A stretch of 64,000 nucleotides of DNA, taken from contig JAPHUE010000058.1 in NCBI GenBank assembly GCA_026196795.1, positions 7,745 to 71,744 of the forward strand. Direction: 5' to 3'. The stretch is from Sedimenticola sp. (GTDB lineage Bacteria; Pseudomonadota; Gammaproteobacteria; Chromatiales; Chromatiaceae). Under the pieces are notes generated by a model, which ran no database searches, was not told where the DNA came from, and saw only the letters and a program-made list of their open reading frames with translations. This document shows, piece after piece, positions 41,588-51,576 of this stretch; the stretch's first letter is position 1, and the number at the start of each line of letters is the position of its first letter. The translations under genes and the position numbers were made by a program.

Positions 41588-42406
41588 TTACTGACTGGCC
41601 AGGCGGATAGTGACATCACCAATATCTGGATGGGTAGGCTTGTCATAGCTTCGGGTAATTTTCTTCACATAGTTTTGCGTTTCACGATAGGGTGGAACGC
41701 CACTGTAATTTTCAACGGCCCCTTCGCCTGCGTTATATGCTGCAAGGACGAGACGGACATCCCCCTTGAATCGTTGAACCAGCCACTGTAAATAGGCCAT
41801 GCCACCGTGCATGTTTTCCTCGGGATTCCAGCTGTCCTTCACACCAAAGCGACGCGCTGTTGCTGGAATCAATTGCATCAAACCCTGTGCATTCTTATTA
41901 GAATGTGCCTTGGAATTGAAGTTCGATTCAGCGGCAATCACGGCAATAACCAGTGCAGGATCCAGCCCATATTCGGGAGCCCAGAGCTCTACCCAGGATT
42001 CGATCTGTTGACGACTGGGGAGTGGTTCTTTACTTAACGAAATGCAGTTTTTATCCAGTTCCGGGTCTATTCCGGCCAAAACTGTCAGCATGCGGTCTGC
42101 CAAGGGGTCTCCCGCCTGCGCTGCCAATTCAAACCAACCTGCTGCAACGGCCTTGTTTTGCTCAACACCACGGTTGTTAAAATACATCCAGCCCAGGTCG
42201 TAATAGGCTTCATGATCACCTAGATCGGCTGCCATGCAATACATTTTAAAGGCTTTCTGATAATCCTGTTGTACCCCTCTGCCATGCTCATATTGAACGG
42301 CCAATTGGCGTAATTGACCTTTATCGAGATGTTCTTCTGCGGCTAACGCGGAACATGTCGAGAAAAGGAAGAGCAGGCTCAGGCTGAGCAGTTTTTGTAT
42401 ATGCAT
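41588..42406 (-). CDS. Exported SEL1-repeat + SLT lytic transglycosylase
   Basis: Signal peptide from ATG 42406; SEL1 repeats (YEHGRGVQQD, LGWMYFNNRGV); SLT motifs AESNF, AQGLMQL, LAAYNAGEG, ETQNYV. Confidence 0.9.
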   Translation of the reverse strand: MHIQKLLSLSLLFLFSTCSALAAEEHLDKGQLRQLAVQYEHGRGVQQDYQKAFKMYCMAADLGDHEAYYDLGWMYFNNRGVEQNKAVAAGWFELAAQAGDPLADRMLTVLAGIDPELDKNCISLSKEPLPSRQQIESWVELWAPEYGLDPALVIAVIAAESNFNSKAHSNKNAQGLMQLIPATARRFGVKDSWNPEENMHGGMAYLQWLVQRFKGDVRLVLAAYNAGEGAVENYSGVPPYRETQNYVKKITRSYDKPTHPDIGDVTIRLASQ

Positions 42407-42440
42407 GCTTAATACCGAGATGGTTAACCCCAGTGGGAAC

Positions 42441-42456
42441 AGCAAATTGTGTTCCA
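42441..42456 (-). promoter_or_regulatory. Sigma54 (-24/-12) promoter for the SEL1-SLT gene
   Basis: Minus strand TGGAACACAATTTGCT has GG-N10-GC spacing, 34 nt upstream of ATG 42406. Confidence 0.7.
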
Positions 42457-42520
42457 CTTAGGTAAATAATCTGCAAATACAATAAGATAAAAATTTCAGT
42501 TTGAGCTTAAGTATACGGAT

Positions 42521-42537
42521 TGTAAAATTAATCGACA
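42521..42537 (-). promoter_or_regulatory. Putative PrsR enhancer (TGTCGA-N5-TTTACA)
   Basis: Minus strand TGTCGATTAATTTTACA lies 64 nt upstream of the sigma54 site; 13/17 identical to 10444-10460. Confidence 0.65.
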
Positions 42538-42548
42538 GAAATTAAGGC

Positions 42549-43376
42549 TTATTCATGGACAATTAGCACGTCACTGTGGCTGTTGTGGGTTACGTTTTCG
42601 GCCTTTTTTCCGAGTATTACACACAATCCTTTGTATTTATGGGAACCAATAACAGTGAGATCGGCCCCCTGTTCGCGTGTGAACTGGCATATCGCTTGAT
42701 CAATGGGCTCTTTGGTCACCACAACCGCTTTTTCAACCTTGATACCTTCGATAATTGCAGTAAAGGCTTCCAGGCCCCTCAGCCGCATTTTCTTACTGTT
42801 TTCTTCTACTTCCTTATTTTCTGGGCCAGTCATTTCAATGATATTCAGCAGTGTCAGGCGTGCCTGATAGCGTTTTGCCATCCTGACCGCTTTGTAGATC
42901 GTCATTAGACCCTGGTCATTCAAGTCTGCAGCAACCACTATATGTTGGTAATCTTTAGGCGCGTTGTCGATTGTAGCATCAGAAACATTAACCACGAGGG
43001 CATCACACTCACCATGATCACATACGTCCTGATTTTTTATAGTGAGTAGTGGGTGAATCGCTCGATAGACAGGCTGGTCAAGTACAATCAAATCGCCACT
43101 CACTTCATCAGCTAAACGAATAATCTCTAGCCAGTCACCCTGGGTGCTTTTTATACCGACAATTTCGGAAAAATCCCTGCTTAATCGGGCAATAACCTCA
43201 GCAGTTTGCTTCTCTGTGGCGGCATCTTGCTGGTTTGTCATGACATGAGCCAGAGTAACTTCACTGTGCAGTTTTGCGGCGACATTTGCCGCACGTACCG
43301 TTGCTGGTTGAGTGATGGAGCCGGGAGTCAGTGCGGCTACAATACTGTGGTAGCCGACGGATTGTTTGGTTGTCAT
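42549..43376 (-). CDS. Tandem-domain universal stress protein
   Basis: Two USP repeats: YHSIVAAL..GDLIVL..CDALVV and YQHIVVAAD..ADLTVIGSH..LGKKAENV..DVLIV. Confidence 0.8.
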   Translation of the reverse strand: MTTKQSVGYHSIVAALTPGSITQPATVRAANVAAKLHSEVTLAHVMTNQQDAATEKQTAEVIARLSRDFSEIVGIKSTQGDWLEIIRLADEVSGDLIVLDQPVYRAIHPLLTIKNQDVCDHGECDALVVNVSDATIDNAPKDYQHIVVAADLNDQGLMTIYKAVRMAKRYQARLTLLNIIEMTGPENKEVEENSKKMRLRGLEAFTAIIEGIKVEKAVVVTKEPIDQAICQFTREQGADLTVIGSHKYKGLCVILGKKAENVTHNSHSDVLIVHE

Positions 43377-43449
43377 GCAGCAAGCACCTCACATCAGGTT
43401 AGTTTGTCTTAGCATAATTGGGATAGGTGTTGTAATACAACTGTCATCA

Positions 43450-44286
43450 TTATGAAGTTTTTTTATTAATCGTTTTCAATAGCCTGTCAACACCGGGATA
43501 AGTGGCTTGGGTAAGTTGGTATTTTCGTCCTGAATTGCCCCAGGAATCGCCAGAAGAGACCGCACGAACCAGTGCGTCGAGATCATCGACAATAAATCCA
43601 CCTGTTGAATGAATACCCAAATCAAACAGTAGATCGGGAAGTCCGCTTGCGCTTGGCCCGATGAGATTGACTTTTGACGGATCTTGAGCGGCGCTGATGA
43701 TGGATTCAATGGTATTGTTGATCAGGGTGGATGCTGTACAGAGAATATAATCACATGTCGCGAGTGCTTCGGGTGATGCATGGAGTTGAATTGGTAATCC
43801 TTCCGGAACACGTTCGGGCTGTTTTTCAATAATAGTGACCCGTTTACCCTGGCGAATATAACGTTCAATCAAGGGTCCAAAGTAGCCGACCATCCCAATA
43901 TGATTGGCAGTTATATCTGAGTCGGCGCGTTTTTCTATAATCGAGGGGTCAAACTCCGCCCTGGCCATAATATGTTGGCTCAGTGCGTTGAAAGATCCCA
44001 GAGCAAGGGCACTTAAGGGGATATTTGTTCCATCCAGCTGAGCTGCAATTGATACGGCCGACTGACCAATAAACTGATGTTCATGTTGGTGTAGCCATTC
44101 CAGGGTGTTATCAAAACAGGTGTAGAAAGGGCCGGTCGTGCCATCGTCCAGTATGACAAAGCCAAAGTTATCCTTTATCTCCTCTGAAGCATTGCTTTCT
44201 GGCAGAAGAATCCGCTTGATAGCTGGTACAGCAATGCTCTGGTCAATGCGATTAATAAGTGACAGATAGTTTTCCAGGTAAGGCAT
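43450..44286 (-). CDS. DUF364 / Rossmann-like domain protein
   Basis: ALALGSFNALSQ, IGMVGYFGPL, TASTLINNT, LIGPSA. Confidence 0.8.
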   Translation of the reverse strand: MPYLENYLSLINRIDQSIAVPAIKRILLPESNASEEIKDNFGFVILDDGTTGPFYTCFDNTLEWLHQHEHQFIGQSAVSIAAQLDGTNIPLSALALGSFNALSQHIMARAEFDPSIIEKRADSDITANHIGMVGYFGPLIERYIRQGKRVTIIEKQPERVPEGLPIQLHASPEALATCDYILCTASTLINNTIESIISAAQDPSKVNLIGPSASGLPDLLFDLGIHSTGGFIVDDLDALVRAVSSGDSWGNSGRKYQLTQATYPGVDRLLKTINKKTS

Positions 44287-45080
44287 GGTTAGATAGCTCT
44301 GTTATCAAATGGCTGTAAGGTTTATTTCGCTATGTCGATTGAGCGAACCGGTTGTTGAAAACTAAATATAGCTGGGGTCTTGATACATAATCATCTGTAT
44401 GGTTTTCATAGATCGTGCTATAGGTCGCTGTAAGGGATTTCAGTGCCTTATAGTCCCAGTCTTTATCTTGAAGAAAAACTCACCCTCAATCCATTGGCTT
44501 GATGCGTGATAATTATGTGGAATCAGCACTCAGCCGATATGCTCTTTCCAGTGTTTGGACCTTTTAATTGTATGTCTTTTTAATGCGGAGTACTTTTTTT
44601 AATCTGGGCTAGTAGGGTAAATAGTCCGAAATCGATTTAAAGTTATAATCATTGCCTGAGAAATAGAGGTAGTCGGTCGCGTAGATTGCTCGTCTTTAAA
44701 GGTGGATTGAATAAGTTGTTCTCGGCGGGATAACTGTAGGCATGTTCTACCGTTTTGTAATCTGCTTCGGGTAGAACGCTATGTGGTTTTCATGTGTATC
44801 GTACCGCTTGCGTTACCTAAATCTTTGTTCTCCTGAAGTGATTGCCCAGGTAAGCTGGTTTGCAGCGTTGAGTTGACTTAGAAACGTTTTGATTGTGGCA
44901 ATGGACGCTGGGTATTTGGGGTTTCTCTTGTTGTAACTTCAGCTGGAACGCTTTTCTGACCTTATATTTCACGGCCTTTTTCATGGCTTGCACCCAACGA
45001 TGACTTTGCTTTCATCGCACACGATTTATTGACATATTTCTCATTGCCAATGGCGTCATTACGCTCTACTCTGCAAGCCT

Positions 45081-46535
45081 ATGACAAATCCACTATCCAA
45101 ACTCACACCAGCGTTGCTATGGCAGCATTTTTACCAGCTTACCCAGATACCGCGTCCGTCTCATTATGAGTCTGCCGTTCAGGCACACGTAATTAAGCTG
45201 GGTGAACGCCTGGGTTTGGATACGCATCATGATGCGAGTGACAATATTCTGATCAGGAAACCGGCAACGCCTGGAATGGAACAAGCGCCTGGGGTCATAC
45301 TACAGGGGCACCTCGACATGGTTCCTCAGGCAAATGCTGATATACACCATGATTTCACAAAAGACCCGATAAAGGTACGCATTGAAAAGGACTGGGTCAA
45401 AGCCTGCGGCACGACGTTGGGTGCCGATAACGGTATTGGTGTAGCGGCTGCTTTGGCCGTGCTTGAGTCAAAACAGATCAAACATGGCCCTATAGAGGCG
45501 TTGTTTACCAGTAATGAAGAAGATGGAATGACCGGTGTTTTTGGTTTAACGCCTGATTTGCTGCAAGGCTCGTTCATGTTAAACATGGACTCGGAGGATG
45601 AGGGTGTGCTCTGTATAGGCTGTGCAGGCGGCGCAAATGTAACGGCAACGCTGGACTATACACCAGACAATATAGCGCCGGGGAGGGTAGGCTATATAAT
45701 CGCTGTGCGTGGTTTGAAAGGTGGGCACTCGGGGGTTGATATACATCGTGGCCGTGCCAATGCCAACAAATTACTGTTTCGACTATTATCCAATGCGGCT
45801 CAACAATTCGAGATTAATCTCTGTCGTGTCTCTGGCGGTAACATGAGTAATGCCATACCGAGGGAAGCTGAGGCTGTTGTGGCCATCGCCGGATCTGATG
45901 CGAATGCCTTCAGAAATTATATGACTGATCAGATCAGCCTGATCCAGAATGAGCTGATTCAATCGGAACCAAATCTGAGCGCAGAGATTTCACCGGACAA
46001 TACGGCTGTTGAGGCTCTGCCAATGAGTCTGCAGCAACAACTGCTCGATTGTATCGTGGCTATTCCTCATGGCGTCCTTCGAATGAGTGATGCTATGCCC
46101 GATCTGGTGGAAACTTCGACCAATCTGGCTATTGTCAAGATTGCTGGGGGTGGAGTAGAAATCAAAAGCCTTGTTCGGAGTTCAGTCGATTCTGCCAGAG
46201 ATGATCTTACCGCAGTGCATCGCTCTCTGTTCAGATTGATAGATGCCAATACTACTATTGATGGACGCTACCCAGGATGGAAGCCGAATCTGACTTCCCC
46301 TATCCTGAAAACCATGCAGCAAACCTATCAGGAGATATTTGATACAGCGGCAGAAATTGGTGCCATCCATGCCGGTTTGGAGTGTGGGATCATTGGTGGA
46401 AAGTATGAGAAGCTCGACATGATCTCATTTGGACCCACCATTCGTTATCCACATTCGCCCGATGAGTGTATGCATATTCCCTCGGTTCAGCGATTCTGGG
46501 ATCTACTGGTAGCAACCCTTGCAAGGCTGACTTAA
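45081..46535 (+). CDS. pepD: Aminoacyl-histidine dipeptidase (peptidase M20C)
   Basis: IPRPS, LQGHLDMV, TTLGADNGIG, EEDGMTG, GGHSGVDI, IHAGLECG, PHSPDE. Confidence 0.95.
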   Translation: MTNPLSKLTPALLWQHFYQLTQIPRPSHYESAVQAHVIKLGERLGLDTHHDASDNILIRKPATPGMEQAPGVILQGHLDMVPQANADIHHDFTKDPIKVRIEKDWVKACGTTLGADNGIGVAAALAVLESKQIKHGPIEALFTSNEEDGMTGVFGLTPDLLQGSFMLNMDSEDEGVLCIGCAGGANVTATLDYTPDNIAPGRVGYIIAVRGLKGGHSGVDIHRGRANANKLLFRLLSNAAQQFEINLCRVSGGNMSNAIPREAEAVVAIAGSDANAFRNYMTDQISLIQNELIQSEPNLSAEISPDNTAVEALPMSLQQQLLDCIVAIPHGVLRMSDAMPDLVETSTNLAIVKIAGGGVEIKSLVRSSVDSARDDLTAVHRSLFRLIDANTTIDGRYPGWKPNLTSPILKTMQQTYQEIFDTAAEIGAIHAGLECGIIGGKYEKLDMISFGPTIRYPHSPDECMHIPSVQRFWDLLVATLARLT

Positions 46536-46661
46536 TTGTTAGTTGACAAAAAGCATTTATAAAACAGGGCGATATCCATAAGTTGACGTTTCTGGTGGCA
46601 TAAGAAAAATTGAATGCTTGGCGCATTGCAACAACCGGGGGAGTGTATTACGGTTTCGCCC

Positions 46662-47540
46662 ATGTCTACTAAAAACCCGTTAATTGTCATTACTGGCTCA
46701 TCAGGCTCCGGCTCGAACAAGGTCAGTGATGTCTTCAACCACATCGCTTGGCGTGAGAAAATTAAGCATCTCATCGTCTCCGGTAGTGCCTTTCACCGCT
46801 ATGAGCGCGATGAAATGGCTCAGAAGGTTGAACAGGCCTGCGCTGATGGGCGCTATCTCAGCCACTTCAGCCCTGAAGGTAATCAGCTGGATCTTCTGGA
46901 AAAACTGTTTCGTGACTTCACAATGGATGGAACAGGCAATTACCGCCACTACCTCCATACTGAAGAACAGGCTCTCGAGTATGGAAAAGCAGTTGGATCG
47001 TTTACCGACTGGGAAGCGATTCCCGATGGTGTCGATCTACTGGTCTATCAGGGACTACATGGTGCCTTTGCTGATAATGCTATTGATGTTGCTCGCTATG
47101 CGGATCTGATTTTGGGCGTTACACCCATCGTGAATTTGGAGTGGATTCAGAAGATCCATACCGATATCAGGAACCGCGGCTATACGCTGGACGCCGTGCG
47201 TAATGCCATTCAGCACCGTCTACATGATTATGTACACTATATAACGCCGCAATTTTCCAACACGGACATCAATTTCCAACGTATACCGCTTGTTGATACG
47301 TCCAACCCTTTTGATGCCCGTGATGTGCCAGAAAATGATGAAAGCATGGTGGTGATCAGTTTCAAGGAACCTAGAGACCATGACTTCGCTTATCTGCTTG
47401 AACGAATCGAAGGTTCATTCATGTCTCGTCGAAACTGTCTGGTTGTACCGGGTGGCAAGATGGAGTTCGCGATGGAGATGTTGTTGAACCCATTAGTGCA
47501 TGAGATGATGGAAAAACGTCGCCAACAAGAGGAGGTTTAG
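46662..47540 (+). CDS. prkB: Phosphoribulokinase homolog (proteobacterial type) with substituted catalytic residues
   Basis: ITGSSGSG, FHRYER, SHFSPEGN, GLHG, NLEWIQKIH.D..RGY, PQFSNTDINFQRIPLVDTSNPF, MSRRN..VPGGKM. Confidence 0.88.
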   Translation: MSTKNPLIVITGSSGSGSNKVSDVFNHIAWREKIKHLIVSGSAFHRYERDEMAQKVEQACADGRYLSHFSPEGNQLDLLEKLFRDFTMDGTGNYRHYLHTEEQALEYGKAVGSFTDWEAIPDGVDLLVYQGLHGAFADNAIDVARYADLILGVTPIVNLEWIQKIHTDIRNRGYTLDAVRNAIQHRLHDYVHYITPQFSNTDINFQRIPLVDTSNPFDARDVPENDESMVVISFKEPRDHDFAYLLERIEGSFMSRRNCLVVPGGKMEFAMEMLLNPLVHEMMEKRRQQEEV

Positions 47541-47542
47541 TC

Positions 47543-47821
47543 ATCAATTCGGAAAGAGAGAAAGACCGGGATATTCTGCATGCCATGCGTAAAGTATTAA
47601 CCGCTGTTATTCGGGATACCACGCCGCCTCCTGGCATGCGTCACCCGTTAACGGATGAGACGATTCAGGATATGCGAGTCTGTCTTGGTCTTATTACCGC
47701 ACGTGAAAAGGAGTTGAGCGAAGAGGCGGGAGAAACCCAAGCACGCCCCTTTTTTGTTGATGAACAACCCACCTCTACGGTTGTACCTTTCGATACGCCG
47801 AAAAAAACAGACAAAGAGTAA
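47543..47821 (+). CDS. Small conserved hypothetical protein; probable ATC start (first ATG at 47585)
   Basis: MRKVL..IRDTTPPPGMRHPLTDETIQDMR.CLGLITARE.EL; GGAGG SD at 47531-47535 lies 7 nt before the in-frame ATC. Confidence 0.75.
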   Translation: MNSEREKDRDILHAMRKVLTAVIRDTTPPPGMRHPLTDETIQDMRVCLGLITAREKELSEEAGETQARPFFVDEQPTSTVVPFDTPKKTDKE

Positions 47822-47847
47822 AGGCAATAAACAGTGCCTTGGCTACC

Positions 47848-48744
47848 TCAAGGTTCGTCTATATAACGCCGGGTTAAATCGGCAAACCCATCGATTCGGC
47901 GGTCCCGAAGGAAAGGCCAGATACGCCTGACGGATTCGCTCCGTTCCAGATTAACATCCGTAATCAATATCTCTTCGTTACTGCCCGCCACACTCAGAAA
48001 CTCACCCTGTGGACCGCAGACAAATGAGTGACCCCAAAAGATGATGCCGTCACTCTGACCGGATGGATCGGTTTCATGACCGATGCGATTACAGGCGAGT
48101 ACAGGTATGCCATTGGCAACGGCATGCCCGCGCTGGACGGTGACCCAAGCATCCTGTTGACGCTTTTGTTCATCCTTATTGTCATTGGGATCCCAGCCAA
48201 TAGCGGTGGGATAGATCAGTAACTCCGCACCCGACAATGCCATAAGACGGGCTGCTTCCGGGTACCACTGATCCCAGCACACCAGTACACCCAGTTTGCC
48301 AACCGATGTCTGGATAGGCTTAAAGCCCAAATCGCCCGGAGTAAAGTAAAACTTCTCATAAAATCCGGGATCATCAGGGATATGCATTTTGCGATAACGG
48401 CCCGCAAGTGAACCGTCTGAATCAAACACCACCGACGTGTTGTGATACAAGCCTGCAGCGCGTTTTTCGAATAACGAGGTGACAATCACAACACCCAATT
48501 TTTCGGCAAGTGCAGCGAAGTGTTCTGTTGAGGGGCCCGGTATGGTTTCGGCCAGATCAAACAGTGCTGTATCTTCGGTTTGACAAAAATAGAGGCTGTT
48601 GTGCAGCTCCTGAAGCACGATTAATTTGGCGTTATCGTTGGCTGCCTGGATGATATTATCAGATATCAATGCCACATTTTGTTCGCGATTATCTGAACAG
48701 GCATGTTGAATCAGGGCTGTTTTTAGTTGTTTCGATTGTGCCAT
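47848..48744 (-). CDS. aguB: N-carbamoylputrescine amidase (carbon-nitrogen hydrolase)
   Basis: LQELH, YRKMHIPDDPGFYEKFYF, VCWDQWYPE (Glu-Lys-Cys triad); next to aguA. Confidence 0.9.
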   Translation of the reverse strand: MAQSKQLKTALIQHACSDNREQNVALISDNIIQAANDNAKLIVLQELHNSLYFCQTEDTALFDLAETIPGPSTEHFAALAEKLGVVIVTSLFEKRAAGLYHNTSVVFDSDGSLAGRYRKMHIPDDPGFYEKFYFTPGDLGFKPIQTSVGKLGVLVCWDQWYPEAARLMALSGAELLIYPTAIGWDPNDNKDEQKRQQDAWVTVQRGHAVANGIPVLACNRIGHETDPSGQSDGIIFWGHSFVCGPQGEFLSVAGSNEEILITDVNLERSESVRRIWPFLRDRRIDGFADLTRRYIDEP

Positions 48745-48844
48745 TTTTATCATCATCCGAGCGGGATTATCGCTAGCAAGAAACAAATAGGTTGTTGTGA
48801 TCAGTGCTTCAATCAGTCCGCTAAAGTCCTATTGGCCTTTGTTA

Positions 48845-49888
48845 TCAGCGGCTGATGCTTACCTGTTCTGGAAACTGCATGGTAATGCAGTGCAGGCTGC
48901 CATTTTGCCGAATCAACGGCATGCAGTCTATCGGGATAATCTCCCGACCCGGAAAGCACCTTCCAAGACAATCAACGGCTGCAGTATCCTGAGAAATATT
49001 ATAGACCGGAAGCAGTACAGCCTGATTGATAATCAGAAAGTTGGCATAACCAGCGGGTAGTCTTTCACCCGAATCATCGGTGATAGGCGGTATGGGGGGA
49101 AGAGGGACTAGTTTGTAGGGTTGACCGTTGTGTTGCCTGAATTTTTTCAGCTCACCTGCCATGGCTTCCATTTCAGGGAAATCAGGATCATCGGGCGTGG
49201 CCGTGGCGTAGAGAATAGTGGCGGGATCAGAAAAGCGCGCCAGTGTATCAATATGGCCATCGGTATCATCACCTGTGAGATGCCCATGATTCAACCACAG
49301 GTAGTGATCGAAACCCATCTCGGCGGAGAGCAGTGCCTCTATCTCTTTTTCAGAAAGCGAGGGATTGCGACTTTGGGTCAACACCGAACTGCGGGTTGCC
49401 AACAGTGTGCCTTGACCATCTGTCTCTATGGCGCCACCCTCAAGCACCAAGGGGATGGTTTTATAGGGGGCACCACTGAAGGTTCCGGCACTGAAAAGTG
49501 TTTGATTGATCTGGTTATCCAGGTCAGCAGGGTATTTCCCGCCCCAGCCATTAAACTGGAAGTCCAGAAGCAGTGCGCCGGCGTCTCCCAGGCAGGTAAG
49601 GGGGGCGTGATCCCTGGCCCAGGTGTCATTAGCGTCTGCAAACGCGAAACTAACCCGTTCAGGATTGATCCCATAACGGGTGATTTTCTCTGAGACAAGC
49701 TGTTGGTGCTGGCTACTGTTACAGACAATAAGTAACTGTTGAAAACGAGTGACCTGTTGACTGATAGTGAGATAGACCTGTTCGACCGCTTCCAGTTGTT
49801 CAGCCCAGTCAGTTTGCGGGTGTGGCCAGGTTAACATCACGGCGGATTGCGCCGCCCACTCAGCGGGTAGGCTATATTTGTGCTTCAA
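48845..49888 (-). CDS. aguA: Agmatine deiminase
   Basis: PAEW, DTWARDH, FNGWGGKY, LEGG, DDTDGHID, GSLHCITMQ; probable TTG start with AGGA SD. Confidence 0.92.
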   Translation of the reverse strand: MKHKYSLPAEWAAQSAVMLTWPHPQTDWAEQLEAVEQVYLTISQQVTRFQQLLIVCNSSQHQQLVSEKITRYGINPERVSFAFADANDTWARDHAPLTCLGDAGALLLDFQFNGWGGKYPADLDNQINQTLFSAGTFSGAPYKTIPLVLEGGAIETDGQGTLLATRSSVLTQSRNPSLSEKEIEALLSAEMGFDHYLWLNHGHLTGDDTDGHIDTLARFSDPATILYATATPDDPDFPEMEAMAGELKKFRQHNGQPYKLVPLPPIPPITDDSGERLPAGYANFLIINQAVLLPVYNISQDTAAVDCLGRCFPGREIIPIDCMPLIRQNGSLHCITMQFPEQVSISR

Positions 49889-49929
49889 GATTAATCCTGT
49901 AAACACCGGCGATTGCCGGTGTAGGAAAG

Positions 49930-50220
49930 TTAACGATGTACCACGGTATTGATGACGTGCTCATGCTCAAAATAGACGGTAAAATCGTCATAAATCCAGC
50001 GACTGATTGGTGGTTCACCCACCCAGGGCATCTCTTGGGCTGGAGCACCAAAGCGAGACCGCACGCTATCCATTGTCTGACCGGTACGGGGACGGGGAAG
50101 TCCCTCACTGCTGTTGGCCGGGGCCTCGGTGATGGCATCGAGCAGGAGTACATCCGCCATACTTTGTGGGGCAATGGCTGTGAGCGCAGTGATCAGAAAC
50201 AGTGTTGTTATGGATTTCAT
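49930..50220 (-). CDS. Small exported conserved protein (SmpA/BamE-like fold suspected)
   Basis: Signal peptide MKSITTLFLITALTAIAPQSMA; P..GQTMDSV..FGAP..GEPPISRWIY..FTVYFE. Confidence 0.75.
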   Translation of the reverse strand: MKSITTLFLITALTAIAPQSMADVLLLDAITEAPANSSEGLPRPRTGQTMDSVRSRFGAPAQEMPWVGEPPISRWIYDDFTVYFEHEHVINTVVHR

Positions 50221-50328
50221 GATTTTGGAACTCCTGTCCTCAAATTCTCTAAAGTAAAATATAGCATTTTGATCTAGATCCCGAAACACAAAGGTGTTTC
50301 TTTTCAGAATATGGTTTAATGCGCCCCT

Positions 50329-51576
50329 ATGTATAAGCCTCTAGAACTTTATATCGGATTGCGATATACACGCGCGAAGCGTCGCAACCACTTCATTTCA
50401 TTTATCTCCATGATCTCCATGCTGGGGATCATGCTGGGTGTGGTGGCACTGATTACCGTACTTTCAGTTATGAATGGGTTTCACAAGGAAGTCCGTGAAC
50501 GAATTCTCGGAATGACCTCGCATGCCACTATTGCCTCTTATCAGAACAACCTGATTGAGTGGGAAGAGGCCATGCGCCTCTCGACCAATCATCCCCATGT
50601 TGTTGGTCAAGCCCCCTTTATTGAGGCCCAGACCATGCTGACGAATGGGCAAAAGGTGAATGGTGCGATTCTGCGTGGCATTCTTCCAGGCTATGAGCCT
50701 CGTGTTTCCGAGGTGGGTGATCACATGCTTATGGGTCGTCTGGATGAGTTGGAAGCGGGTAGTTTTGACATCATTCTGGGTAAAGAGCTGGCACTGCTAC
50801 TCGGTGTCAGTGTGGGTGACAAGGTCACTGTCGTTACCCCGCAGATCCGGGTTACCCCTGCAGGTGCGATGCCACGTTTGAAGCGCTTTACTGTTAGCGG
50901 CATCTTTGAAGTGGGTATGGGTGAGTATGATCGAGGATTGGCTCTCATTCATATGCAGGATGCCGCCAAGTTGCTGAAGATGGATCAGGGAGTAACGGGC
51001 GTGCGGCTGAAGCTGGATGATCTCTATCTTGCTCCTCAGGTATCCCGAGAGCTGGCCAAGTCCTTACCCGGGGTCTACCGCGTGAGTGACTGGACCCATC
51101 AGCATAGGAATTTTTTCAGTGCGTTAAGAACGGAAAAACGCATGATGTCCCTCATCCTGTTCTTAATCGTGGCCGTCGCGGCATTTAATATAGTCTCAAC
51201 GCTGGTCATGGTGGTGACGGATAAGCAGAGCGATATTGCCATTTTGCGTACCCTGGGCATTTCACCTCGCAGTGTCATGGGTATCTTTATGGTTCAAGGC
51301 GCCACTATCGGATTTGTAGGTACCGTTTTGGGTATTGTGGGTGGAATTCTGTTATCGCTCAATCTTGAATCACTGGTAAAGTCGATTGAAGAAGCTTTTA
51401 GTGTCAACTTCCTGGATCCAAATATTTATTACATCAGTACACTTCCGTCCGAACTGGATTGGAATGATGTCGGAATGATCAGTGTCAGCGCCTTCCTGAT
51501 TACGCTCGTAGCTACACTGTATCCTGCCTGGCGTGCTTCCAGGACGCAGCCTGCCGAGGCGCTACGTTATGAGTGA
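50329..51576 (+). CDS. lolE: Lipoprotein-releasing ABC transporter permease (LolC/E family)
   Basis: [59 protein letters not shown]. Confidence 0.92.
   Translation: MYKPLELYIGLRYTRAKRRNHFISFISMISMLGIMLGVVALITVLSVMNGFHKEVRERILGMTSHATIASYQNNLIEWEEAMRLSTNHPHVVGQAPFIEAQTMLTNGQKVNGAILRGILPGYEPRVSEVGDHMLMGRLDELEAGSFDIILGKELALLLGVSVGDKVTVVTPQIRVTPAGAMPRLKRFTVSGIFEVGMGEYDRGLALIHMQDAAKLLKMDQGVTGVRLKLDDLYLAPQVSRELAKSLPGVYRVSDWTHQHRNFFSALRTEKRMMSLILFLIVAVAAFNIVSTLVMVVTDKQSDIAILRTLGISPRSVMGIFMVQGATIGFVGTVLGIVGGILLSLNLESLVKSIEEAFSVNFLDPNIYYISTLPSELDWNDVGMISVSAFLITLVATLYPAWRASRTQPAEALRYE

Noticed and set aside
47585-47821. Segregation/condensation protein A label that I recall for similar small proteins
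   Set aside because: Far too short and shows no kleisin (ScpA) features; left as hypothetical
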